Source: Candidatus Sphingobacterium stercorigallinarum
GTDB lineage: Bacteria > Bacteroidota > Bacteroidia > Sphingobacteriales > Sphingobacteriaceae
Length of the DNA: 64,000 nt
Direction: 5' to 3'
Assembly (NCBI GenBank): GCA_019115805.1
Contig: DXCW01000163.1
Span: 900 to 64,899, forward strand
Part shown: positions 9,435 to 18,264 of the stretch, in pieces
Numbering within the stretch: the stretch's first letter is position 1
Layout of the letters: every line of letters starts with the position of its first letter
Notes under the pieces: generated by a model
Told to the model about the DNA's origin: nothing
What the model saw: the letters and a program-made list of their open reading frames with translations, nothing else
Database searches by the model: none
Position numbers and translations under genes: made by a program

Positions 9435-9571
9435 GATTATGGATCAGACTACCTATGCCTATCCCATTCGGCCTCAACTAGCCACTGCTGAAATTTCCTG
9501 TATCCCTGCCGAATATCGTGTCCTTTAACAGGCTTTGATCTACTATTAGATTCGTCCAATAACTCTGAATC

Positions 9572-9964
9572 ATGGACGCTATTAAAGGAAAATTCATTGA
9601 GCATACACTGCGGGAAGAGGGCAAACGATTCATACGGAACCAAGGTGCTGCTATTAAAACTGAACTTAGAAACCGGACAGGTAATCTCCTAAATAACCGA
9701 AAATTCAAAATAATCGGAAGTGGCGCGCAAGCTACACTGCATATTGACGTGCCCGATTACAATAGATTCTTAGACATTCGAAGTAAGTTTCGAAGGCACA
9801 AGCGAGGTCAGAGCAAGCGCTCCAGTGGTAAAGGTCTGCGGATTTACAATCGGTTTGTGATGGGACATTACCAGGGCATTGCTGAACGTCTGATGTATGG
9901 ATATACCCAATCCACCATCGATATGATTCGTGAAAAGTGGAAAGGAGGTTTCGATGGCCAGTAA
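9572..9964 (+). CDS. Basic phage protein, unknown function (immediately upstream of tape measure)
   Basis: 130-aa ORF rich in K/R. Its 3' end overlaps the likely tape measure ATG (9954) by 11 nt. Confidence 0.4.
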   Translation: MDAIKGKFIEHTLREEGKRFIRNQGAAIKTELRNRTGNLLNNRKFKIIGSGAQATLHIDVPDYNRFLDIRSKFRRHKRGQSKRSSGKGLRIYNRFVMGHYQGIAERLMYGYTQSTIDMIREKWKGGFDGQ

Positions 9965-12900
9965 ACTGAAAGCCGAAACGTTGTCACTCGATGTGGTGGT
10001 TAATTCAAACGAGGCACAGAAGCGATTTAATGATCTTGGTCGAGAAATCACTGATACTTCAGCACGTGTCAAGGAATTAAAAGCTGAACAAGCATTGCTC
10101 GCTAAAGAAGGAGGGAAGAACACTGTAGAGTATAAAGCGCTGTCTAAGGAGATCCGCGAAAACCAAACTCGAGTCAAGGCATTAAAAAACGAACAGGGTG
10201 AGCTTATTAAAAGCTTAGACCTTGAACAGAAAACAATGTCTCAGCTGAAGCGGGAGCTTAGGGATCTGGCAAGACTGAGGGATAATAGTATTCCTGGTTC
10301 GGAACAGTACAACGAATACGCGAAACAAGTAGAAAAAGTATCCGGAAGATTAAGAGAGTTGCGTATTGGTGCCGATAATACAGGTAGTTCGATTGAACGA
10401 CTAGGTGGCAAGTTTCGAGGATATGTCACAACGGTTACGGCTATAGCGGCATCGTTAACAGGTCTGACTCTTGGCGTGCGAAAGGCAATCACCGAATTCA
10501 CACAATTTGATGATTTGCTAGCCGACGTGATGAAGACAACAAACCTTAGCAGAGAATCTGTTGCAGAGCTTAATGAGGAGCTGCGAAAGATTGAAACTCG
10601 TACATCTCAGGAAGATCTCCTGGGGCTATCGCGAATCGCTGGTAAACTCGGGTATACTGAGATATCGGACATCACTGAATTTGTAAGAGCGAATAACCAG
10701 ATTGTCGTCGCGCTTAATGAAGACCTGGGAGGGAATGTCGAAGAGACCGTAAATAAGATCGGTAAACTGGTGGATGTGTTTAATCTTCGAGACTTGTATT
10801 CTACTGAAGATGCATTTCTCAAAGTCGGATCCGCCCTGAATGAATTGGGGATGGCGTCGACAGCCAACGAAGGCTACATGGTAGAATTCACCAGAAGAAT
10901 GGCGGGTGTCGCTCCTCTAGCGGGTATTAGCATTGACCAAATATTGGGCTTAGGTGCAGCGTTGGATCAGCTAGGCCAGACAGAGGAAGTATCGTCCACT
11001 GCCCTCAGCAAACTGTTCTTGCAAATGGCTAAGGATGCGGAAACGTATAGCAAATATGCTGGAATGCAAGTGACCGAGTTTAAAGACTTGCTTGAGAAAG
11101 ATTTCATGACAGCTTTCACCCGTGTATTAGAAGGTGTACAGAGTAGCTCGAATGGAATCAATGAACTTGCTGCAACACTTGGCGACCTCGGCCAGGATGG
11201 GGGACGTGTCATAGGCGTTATTGGCTCGTTAGCGGGCAACGTTGATGTACTTAAATCGTCAATGGATCTAGCGAATCAATCGATGATTGAGGGGGTATCG
11301 ATAACAGAAGAATACGAAATTAAAAATGAGACGGCTGCCGCGAAACTTGAGATCGCCAAGAAACAACTTAAGGAGTTGTGGATCCAATTAGGCGAGCAAC
11401 TTTGGCCAGTAATGACAACAGGGCTTGGGTTATTTAGCCAATTTATTACAGCCATCAGTAAGACCATTGCATTTATCTCCGAAAATCGAAAAGTTATAAC
11501 GGTATTGGTCGTTGCGATTACATCGTACACCGTGGCCGTAAATTTGGCAACTGCAGCAACTTTTGTGTTAACTCGAGCAAAAGCTGCTGCCACAGTAGCA
11601 CAAAATCTTTGGAACATTGCACTTCGAGCCAATCCTCTCGGATTAGTTATTGGCTTAGTAAGCTCTCTAGCAGCGGGATTATACGTATTACGGGATCGGA
11701 CTGATTCGGCAACGACTGCACAGAACCATCTGAATGAAGCAATCGATAAGTCTAAACTCGAATATGAGAAGGAACGCTATGCTATTGAACAAAGCATGGA
11801 AGCTGCGTTGGATAAAACGAGGGCGGATGATCAGAGACTGGCTGCTGTTAATAGACTGCGAGAGGTAATGCCGGACGTTCTCAAGGGATACTCAGATGAG
11901 CAAATTATGGCAGGGCAAGCAACAGCAGCGATTAAGGAGCAAATCAAGCAAATTATTCGACTCTCTACTGTAAAGGCGTATAGCAACAAACTTGACGAAC
12001 TGAGTGCACGTCGTGCGGATCTCCAAGATCAACTAGAGCGGGGCTATTCTGGGTCCACGATATCCGAGAGATTGACTTTAACGCCGGATGTTTTTTTCAA
12101 AGGGGATTGGGCACAAGCATATGAGGACGCAGTCCAAAAGCAAATCGATGGGATAGAGGCTGCACGGGAATTGGTCGGTAATAAAATGCTTGAAGAACAA
12201 GTAAAGCTCAATAAAGCAATTCTTGGCGCTGGAAAGAATGGTGATGATGATGAAAATCCGGATCCAGTGACCGTTACTCCCGGGGGCGGATCAACAAATA
12301 ACGCTTTTCGGAAGGAACTGGATGCTGCCGAGAAGCATTACCAGGATCTTCTTCAGCAGAAGGGTTTGTTTCGCCGAGATCTTTCTGAACTAGATAAGAA
12401 GCAGCTGGAGGAACTATCGATGTATGAATCCCAGTATCAATCAAAAGTTGATGGCGTTCACCGTAAACATGGGGAAACCTTAAAAACTATAAATCAAACC
12501 GCGAGTCAGGAACTAAAACGCCGGGAAAAATCAGAAGCGAGTGCTGTTGATTCCATTTTGAGAAAAAAGCAATCGGAAGCTGAAGGGGAGCGCGCTGCTT
12601 TCGAGGACCGTTTGAAGAATGCCGGATTGTTTGGTGTAAAGCGAGAAGGATTAACGGAGAGGCAACTATCTGCTTTGGTGGCATTGGAGCGAGAGCATCA
12701 AGAACGACTTGATCAAATTGATGCAGATGCATTAACTAAGGAGATCGACCGCAGGTTAAGCGAGAATAAGGATGCATTAACGGACCTCCAGTTAAAACAC
12801 CAGCAAGAACTTGCTGAGATAGAGACATTTGATCAGGCGAGGATAGTTTTGTCTGAGAACCTGTCAACTCGAGAGCTGTCCAAGATCAAAACATTGTCGG

Positions 12901-14126
12901 ATGCGAAGAAAGAGATCCAGCGTCAGCAGCAGAAGGTAGAACAAGACATGCTTCGAAATCAGCTTGAAGATATGATGGGGATTCTTGAACATGCAATGGG
13001 CACTGGTGAATTCGAAGGAATTGTACTGGCCGATGATATTTTCTCTGAAAAGGAAATGGAAGTTTTGAAAGGGCAGTTTAGGAAAATCAGAGAATTGCTA
13101 TTAAAGATCAATCCAGAGGAAGAAGAGGACAGTAAACGCGATCGGGAGCGAAAGCGGGTGGATGTTTTAGGAATGTCAGTCGAGGATTGGGACATGCTCT
13201 TTGATCAGCTTGCCACGACTGAGCAACGCGTACAAAGTGTGATGGGGGCACTAAATGCAGCCACGCAGCTTTGGGGGCAATACAACAAGATGGTTGCAAA
13301 CCGGGAGAATGCGCAGCTTCAGAAGGATCAAGCTGCGAATGACAAGAAAAAAGAGAATCTCCAGCGGAGACTGGATTCCGGAATCATTTCCCAGGAGAAT
13401 TACAACGCGCAGGTTGAAAAGATGGATCGTGAGATGGACCGACAGAAAGCCAAAGTAGCAAGAGATCAAGCTATTCGGGATCGGAACGTATCTCTCATGT
13501 CAGCTATTGTCAATACGGCTAAAGCTGTAACTGGAGTCTTACCTAATTTTGTGTTGGCTGCCATAGTAGGGGCAATGGGAGCACTCCAGATTGGAACAAT
13601 CCGAGCGACGCCGCTCCCGGAGATACCAGGGGCGGAATCGGGAGGTCAACTTCTTGAGGTGATTCGAAGCCAGGACAACAAGAAATTCAATGCCAAGGCG
13701 GATCCCAGAAAAAGAGGATATGTAGATTCGCCAACTGTTTTGGTCGGAGAGAGCGGTCGGGAATGGGTAGCGAGCAATGATGCAGTCGGTAATCCCCAGG
13801 TTCGACCGATTCTTGACGTACTGGATACCGCTCAAAAGAATGGCTCTATAAGCACGCTAACCCTATCAGACATCATTTCCAATACACTCGGGTCGCGCAT
13901 GCCGGGACGGCAATCGGGCGGTACTTTATCGGGAACCGGTCGCATTACTGATTCAACGAATGACGGATTGTTACTGGAAGTTTTTCTAAAGCGAAACATT
14001 GAAGCTATCAGCAGTTTGGAATCGAAGCTTACCAATCTAAAGGCAGAAGTAACGCTGTTAGGTAAAAACGGATTCCTGGAGAAGAAAAAAGAACTAGACC
14101 AACAACAGAGTAACGGTAATTTATAA
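9954..14126 (+). CDS. Tail tape measure protein
   Basis: About 1390 aa with long coiled-coil stretches and a central hydrophobic/TM cluster (TVLVVAITSYTVAVNLATAATFVL, PLGLVIGLVSSLAAGLYVL). TP901-type tape-measure-like block around FTQFDDLLADVMKTTNLS. The ATG at 9954 is preceded by aaaggagg. Confidence 0.85.
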   Translation: MASKLKAETLSLDVVVNSNEAQKRFNDLGREITDTSARVKELKAEQALLAKEGGKNTVEYKALSKEIRENQTRVKALKNEQGELIKSLDLEQKTMSQLKRELRDLARLRDNSIPGSEQYNEYAKQVEKVSGRLRELRIGADNTGSSIERLGGKFRGYVTTVTAIAASLTGLTLGVRKAITEFTQFDDLLADVMKTTNLSRESVAELNEELRKIETRTSQEDLLGLSRIAGKLGYTEISDITEFVRANNQIVVALNEDLGGNVEETVNKIGKLVDVFNLRDLYSTEDAFLKVGSALNELGMASTANEGYMVEFTRRMAGVAPLAGISIDQILGLGAALDQLGQTEEVSSTALSKLFLQMAKDAETYSKYAGMQVTEFKDLLEKDFMTAFTRVLEGVQSSSNGINELAATLGDLGQDGGRVIGVIGSLAGNVDVLKSSMDLANQSMIEGVSITEEYEIKNETAAAKLEIAKKQLKELWIQLGEQLWPVMTTGLGLFSQFITAISKTIAFISENRKVITVLVVAITSYTVAVNLATAATFVLTRAKAAATVAQNLWNIALRANPLGLVIGLVSSLAAGLYVLRDRTDSATTAQNHLNEAIDKSKLEYEKERYAIEQSMEAALDKTRADDQRLAAVNRLREVMPDVLKGYSDEQIMAGQATAAIKEQIKQIIRLSTVKAYSNKLDELSARRADLQDQLERGYSGSTISERLTLTPDVFFKGDWAQAYEDAVQKQIDGIEAARELVGNKMLEEQVKLNKAILGAGKNGDDDENPDPVTVTPGGGSTNNAFRKELDAAEKHYQDLLQQKGLFRRDLSELDKKQLEELSMYESQYQSKVDGVHRKHGETLKTINQTASQELKRREKSEASAVDSILRKKQSEAEGERAAFEDRLKNAGLFGVKREGLTERQLSALVALEREHQERLDQIDADALTKEIDRRLSENKDALTDLQLKHQQELAEIETFDQARIVLSENLSTRELSKIKTLSDAKKEIQRQQQKVEQDMLRNQLEDMMGILEHAMGTGEFEGIVLADDIFSEKEMEVLKGQFRKIRELLLKINPEEEEDSKRDRERKRVDVLGMSVEDWDMLFDQLATTEQRVQSVMGALNAATQLWGQYNKMVANRENAQLQKDQAANDKKKENLQRRLDSGIISQENYNAQVEKMDREMDRQKAKVARDQAIRDRNVSLMSAIVNTAKAVTGVLPNFVLAAIVGAMGALQIGTIRATPLPEIPGAESGGQLLEVIRSQDNKKFNAKADPRKRGYVDSPTVLVGESGREWVASNDAVGNPQVRPILDVLDTAQKNGSISTLTLSDIISNTLGSRMPGRQSGGTLSGTGRITDSTNDGLLLEVFLKRNIEAISSLESKLTNLKAEVTLLGKNGFLEKKKELDQQQSNGNL

Positions 14127-16111
14127 TGCTAGAAATCTTTGTCAATGGAATGCCAGTGGATCTAAGCCCGGACATTCAAATCGCTCTAACGATTGAAAAC
14201 CCTTTTATGTTGGAGGATCGTATTCCGCTACCTTATTCTATAGCGTTTGATCTTCCACCTACAGCCTCGAATCTGAAACTTTTTAATTACCCCAATAGGA
14301 TCGGAGCATATTGTACCGACAATCTGAAACGATCTTTTCCATGTGAAATTCGCTTTGCGAGCGTAAACGTTGCTAAGGGGCAATTGAAGCTGACGTCCTA
14401 TCTCGATACGATTAAAGTGCAGTTCGTCGGTGCCGATGTAAACGAAGATTTACGGAAGAAGATGTATGAATTCGATTTTGGAAGATTGGAATTTCAGGGG
14501 GAGTACGATGAGTTTGATTTTATGGATCCGGATAACTTTGCCTATCGGTACAAGAATTGGGCGAGTGACGCCGCACAGGGTATGAACGAAAAACTCGTCG
14601 TTGCACCGCTAGCCATCAAGAATACGAAGGAGCCCGAGTCAAATACTACGGTACTGGATTATGGTAATAGTACCTTCCCATTCCACTACATGATCATAGA
14701 ATATTGGAGGAACCCTGCGCGTAAACCAGGTGGCTACCGCGTACCATTTATTCATCAAGATGACGCGTACATCAATATGTACAATCCATCGAACGCCAGT
14801 TTTGCGGTAACAGGCTCTCCAGGAACAGAGGTGACCTATGCCCACGCAAACATATATCCATTATATCGTGTGGGATGGCTGATCGAAAAGTTGTTTGATT
14901 CGCAATTGATCAATAATCCGTTTCTAACGGAAGGTCTTGAAAACCTGGTGATCCCGACACATTATTTCCCCACCTGGTTCAGACGGGTCGCGCAACTCTA
15001 TAAACACAGCCCAGAACAAGTTACCGCCCCGATGGTGAGTAATATGAGTTGGGAGCGCCTGGAGACCGAAGATCCCGGACGCCCGAGATATGAATGGCAA
15101 GCTATTTATGACGGCCAGCCCTATATTGATTATGCGGATTTTATGCCCAGTATTTATGTCAATGAGTTATTGAAGGAGCTTCTGAAGCTGTTTTCGTTTC
15201 ATCTTGTCACCATCAAGGGGAAGTTCTCCATCAAAACCAGTAATGAGATTGTGGAAGCACCCGTTCGAAAGGAATGGTCCACCAAACTTATTGACCGTCC
15301 GGAAATTGACAGATATGAAGCAAAAGAATATGAATACGGGTATAGTGAACGAGACTATGTGAATTACGACGATGCTGATTTGTACGGGACACTGGAAACG
15401 ATCGCTGGCTTGGGGAATATCGATATGGAGCCCGGGATCGACGAAGATGACATTCGGATATACTATGTCACGGAAACCAATTCGTATTATAAGATCACCT
15501 CAAGTTTAGTGGAAGCGACGCCACCGGGAATAGATCCCGAGGAACAAGATCCTGAAGAAGTGTTGACCATCGAATATCTCGGAATGAAAGAGCCGAGTGA
15601 GTCCAGCGCGACAGATACTCGATACAATTCGGAAGTTACGTTGATATCGCCACCTATTGTGCCAGCGCCTTTTTTCGTGACACTTGATCGGGAGCTCCCA
15701 GGGTATCCGGACACCTATTTCTATAACGTTCCGATGATTTCACTAAATCGAACGGTCCGACCAGAATCTGTTTCCATTTTGTACTTCGACGGCCAGAAGC
15801 CTATCAATACACCGATCGGGGCGACCACACCGAATTATCCTTCCGTCGTTACGGAAACAGATGACTTCTCTTTGGATTGGGAAGGAGAGAATGGATTGAT
15901 AGCGAAGTACCACGAAGGATTTAAAAAATGGATTGAAAAAGATAAAGTGAAGATCAGTGCAGGATTTCTGCTGACTCCGATTGATCTCCATCAACTTGAC
16001 ATTACTGAAAAAATCCATGTCGATGGGCGCAATTTTTTTATTGAAAAAATACAGGTAACCCTCTCAAGAACGAAGATCGATCCGGCATGGATTGAACTCA
16101 TTGAAGTATAG
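14126..16111 (+). CDS. Tail/baseplate protein (distal tail-like by position)
   Basis: 661-aa ORF with a TAATG overlap with the tape measure stop. Assigned by position only. Confidence 0.45.
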   Translation: MLEIFVNGMPVDLSPDIQIALTIENPFMLEDRIPLPYSIAFDLPPTASNLKLFNYPNRIGAYCTDNLKRSFPCEIRFASVNVAKGQLKLTSYLDTIKVQFVGADVNEDLRKKMYEFDFGRLEFQGEYDEFDFMDPDNFAYRYKNWASDAAQGMNEKLVVAPLAIKNTKEPESNTTVLDYGNSTFPFHYMIIEYWRNPARKPGGYRVPFIHQDDAYINMYNPSNASFAVTGSPGTEVTYAHANIYPLYRVGWLIEKLFDSQLINNPFLTEGLENLVIPTHYFPTWFRRVAQLYKHSPEQVTAPMVSNMSWERLETEDPGRPRYEWQAIYDGQPYIDYADFMPSIYVNELLKELLKLFSFHLVTIKGKFSIKTSNEIVEAPVRKEWSTKLIDRPEIDRYEAKEYEYGYSERDYVNYDDADLYGTLETIAGLGNIDMEPGIDEDDIRIYYVTETNSYYKITSSLVEATPPGIDPEEQDPEEVLTIEYLGMKEPSESSATDTRYNSEVTLISPPIVPAPFFVTLDRELPGYPDTYFYNVPMISLNRTVRPESVSILYFDGQKPINTPIGATTPNYPSVVTETDDFSLDWEGENGLIAKYHEGFKKWIEKDKVKISAGFLLTPIDLHQLDITEKIHVDGRNFFIEKIQVTLSRTKIDPAWIELIEV

Positions 16112-16155
16112 GCCCTGTCCTTTATTTAAACCAGCCAGAAACCGAATTTTACACC

Positions 16156-16485
16156 ATGCCACTGAAGCTGTTCGAAACCATATTCACCGCCCTAAACCAA
16201 AATGCCAAGAACGCAGGGCTGGCGATATTGTTGGTAGTGTTAATCAGTTGGGGGGCGCTTGGTTGGAGTACCGCGTCGAAAGCACAAGATGAGTGCGATG
16301 AAGAACGGCGGGAGGACCGAAAAACCATCCTCCGCATGAACAGTGCACTGGCGGCGAAAGACGATGAACTTAAAGACGTGCGGACAAGGCTGTTTAATTA
16401 CTTTATGAGAGAGCGAGAAACGCAGGCAAATGATTCATTGATCCGTAAAACGACGAATAGAGACATCAATAAGGTATTGCCATGA
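16156..16485 (+). CDS. Small single-pass membrane protein with coiled coil
   Basis: 109 aa. TM segment is AGLAILLVVLISWGALGW, followed by a charged helical region. Confidence 0.4.
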   Translation: MPLKLFETIFTALNQNAKNAGLAILLVVLISWGALGWSTASKAQDECDEERREDRKTILRMNSALAAKDDELKDVRTRLFNYFMRERETQANDSLIRKTTNRDINKVLP

Positions 16486-17183
16486 AAAAGACGAATATCA
16501 TACTAGCCATTACATTAATCGTAATGTTGGTCATAGGTACCTGGGGTTATGTGCAGCTGGGGAACGAACGAGCGGAAAAACGTAATTATCAGCAATTATA
16601 TCAAGAAGCTTTGGAGAAAGGCAAGGCTGAACCGCTGACTATCCGCGATACCATCGTTGACACCGTAGCCGGTACAATTTCCTATGTGTATAATCCCGTC
16701 CAAACAACGGACAACGTAGAGGGATACGTTAGCAAAGGATTGGCCGACACACTTGCCTTGGCGTTAAAAGTAGCAACAAAAACGATTACCCGATTGGAAT
16801 CCATGGTGGCTACAATATCTGCAGCCGAAAAGGCCGATCGAGTCAAAGATTCGGTTACACAAAACGAATGGTTGGTGATGAGAAAAGATCCGGTGTTTGA
16901 TGTCAAAGTAAATCTGGAGACAGATTCTATTTTTACCAAAGCAAGGATCGGTCTTGCTAAAGCGAATGCGCCCTATCGTAAAAATATTTTTTCAAGGTAT
17001 GAGTATCGATCAGTTATCATGGCACGCGATCCTCGTGTCGAAATAACAGAAGTTTTTGAAGTTAATAAGGTGCCAAAATCCCCGCGCTGGAGCATCGGGG
17101 TTACGGCGGGACCATTGGTCTCTCCTCAGGGATTGTCTTGGGGAGCTAGTTTGGGTTTGACATACGATTTAATTCAATTCTAG
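16482..17183 (+). CDS. N-terminally membrane-anchored phage protein
   Basis: 233 aa with ATGA overlap to the upstream gene. N-terminal TM is IILAITLIVMLVIGTWGYV. Gly-rich C-terminal end (GVTAGPLVSPQGLSWGASLGLTYDL). Confidence 0.45.
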   Translation: MKKTNIILAITLIVMLVIGTWGYVQLGNERAEKRNYQQLYQEALEKGKAEPLTIRDTIVDTVAGTISYVYNPVQTTDNVEGYVSKGLADTLALALKVATKTITRLESMVATISAAEKADRVKDSVTQNEWLVMRKDPVFDVKVNLETDSIFTKARIGLAKANAPYRKNIFSRYEYRSVIMARDPRVEITEVFEVNKVPKSPRWSIGVTAGPLVSPQGLSWGASLGLTYDLIQF

Positions 17184-18248
17184 ATGATTGCGATTCACCA
17201 GCAACCACAAGCGATTAACTATTCACAAAACATTCCGGATATTAGGTTAACCACTGACCAGGCAAGTATCCGAATGGATGTAATGGAAGGAGAGGCAGTG
17301 ATTGTAGAGGAAGAGTACGGCGCACCCCCGCAGGGAACCGAGCTGGTGATCAAGCTATGTGATCTGCTAGAAAACTTCATGGAATTTTCAATGCCGGTTT
17401 ATAGCCAGGCTATAACAACTCATGATCGCGCAATCAAGGAATTTCAGATCAAATTAACCGATGCGGATGAAGAGCCGCTTCAAATATCATTCAAGGTGCT
17501 TCAAGGCTTTTTAAGATTTCAACCCACGGATATTCAGTCTTACCATCGGGACTACTGGCTTAACTTGACCCCGTTCCATTCGGAAGTTTACTTTCATCAG
17601 CCGCTTTATTTAACAGCGGTTCCACCCGTAGCGGTACAGGTCAAATTAAAAGCAACGATGATCAGTGGAAGCGAACAGATCATCACACTTGGATCCATGA
17701 CAGCAGGAACGATGCAGTCGGTAAATCTGAATCCTGGAAAACTTATTCATCTGTTAGGAGCCGAATACTATTATGTTGAGGTGTACACTGAGAATTCCCG
17801 AGGAGAAATGGTGACGGGATTGAAGCGATTGTATTATAGGGGAGATTATGCCTATCAGTCCGATGTGTTTTTTTATCAAAATAGACTAGGAGGGTGGGAT
17901 ACCTTGGTTCTAAATGGAGATCGAATTAATCGGCATAAAAGCGCTGCCTTTACGGCGTTGATACAAGATATCGAATACGAATATCATAATGACCTCGATT
18001 TAGAAATTGAAAAGAACTCGGGCTATATGGCTACTGAGGAAGACTATCGTCAATATATCGATTTTCTTTTCAGCAAAAGGAAGTATTTCCTTTATCAGGG
18101 TGCGCTGATCCCGATTGTCACTTCGGAGAATAAGTCAGATCACACTCGAGGTAGACTCAATAGTTATTCATTTATTTTCAGGACAGCAAATACCAAAGAA
18201 CGTCACCCGGAGATAGGCGCTGTGCCACCACATTTAATCATTACCTAG
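17184..18248 (+). CDS. Tail/baseplate protein, unknown function
   Basis: 354-aa ORF starting directly after the previous stop codon. Confidence 0.4.
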   Translation: MIAIHQQPQAINYSQNIPDIRLTTDQASIRMDVMEGEAVIVEEEYGAPPQGTELVIKLCDLLENFMEFSMPVYSQAITTHDRAIKEFQIKLTDADEEPLQISFKVLQGFLRFQPTDIQSYHRDYWLNLTPFHSEVYFHQPLYLTAVPPVAVQVKLKATMISGSEQIITLGSMTAGTMQSVNLNPGKLIHLLGAEYYYVEVYTENSRGEMVTGLKRLYYRGDYAYQSDVFFYQNRLGGWDTLVLNGDRINRHKSAAFTALIQDIEYEYHNDLDLEIEKNSGYMATEEDYRQYIDFLFSKRKYFLYQGALIPIVTSENKSDHTRGRLNSYSFIFRTANTKERHPEIGAVPPHLIIT

Positions 18249-18264
18249 ACCAAAATATTTGAAA

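Noticed and set aside
9285-9491. 68-aa ORF in the spacer after the Panacea cassette
   Set aside because: It spans a terminator hairpin and a GC-rich palindrome, and its composition is Cys/His/Pro-rich. I treat the region as non-coding (see the finding for 9193-9571).
10241-13835. Series of 60-120-aa minus-strand ORFs inside the tape measure gene
   Set aside because: They are antisense to a long, well-supported CDS. They are Ser/Pro/Arg-rich, as expected for antisense of a Glu/Lys/Ala-rich coiled coil.
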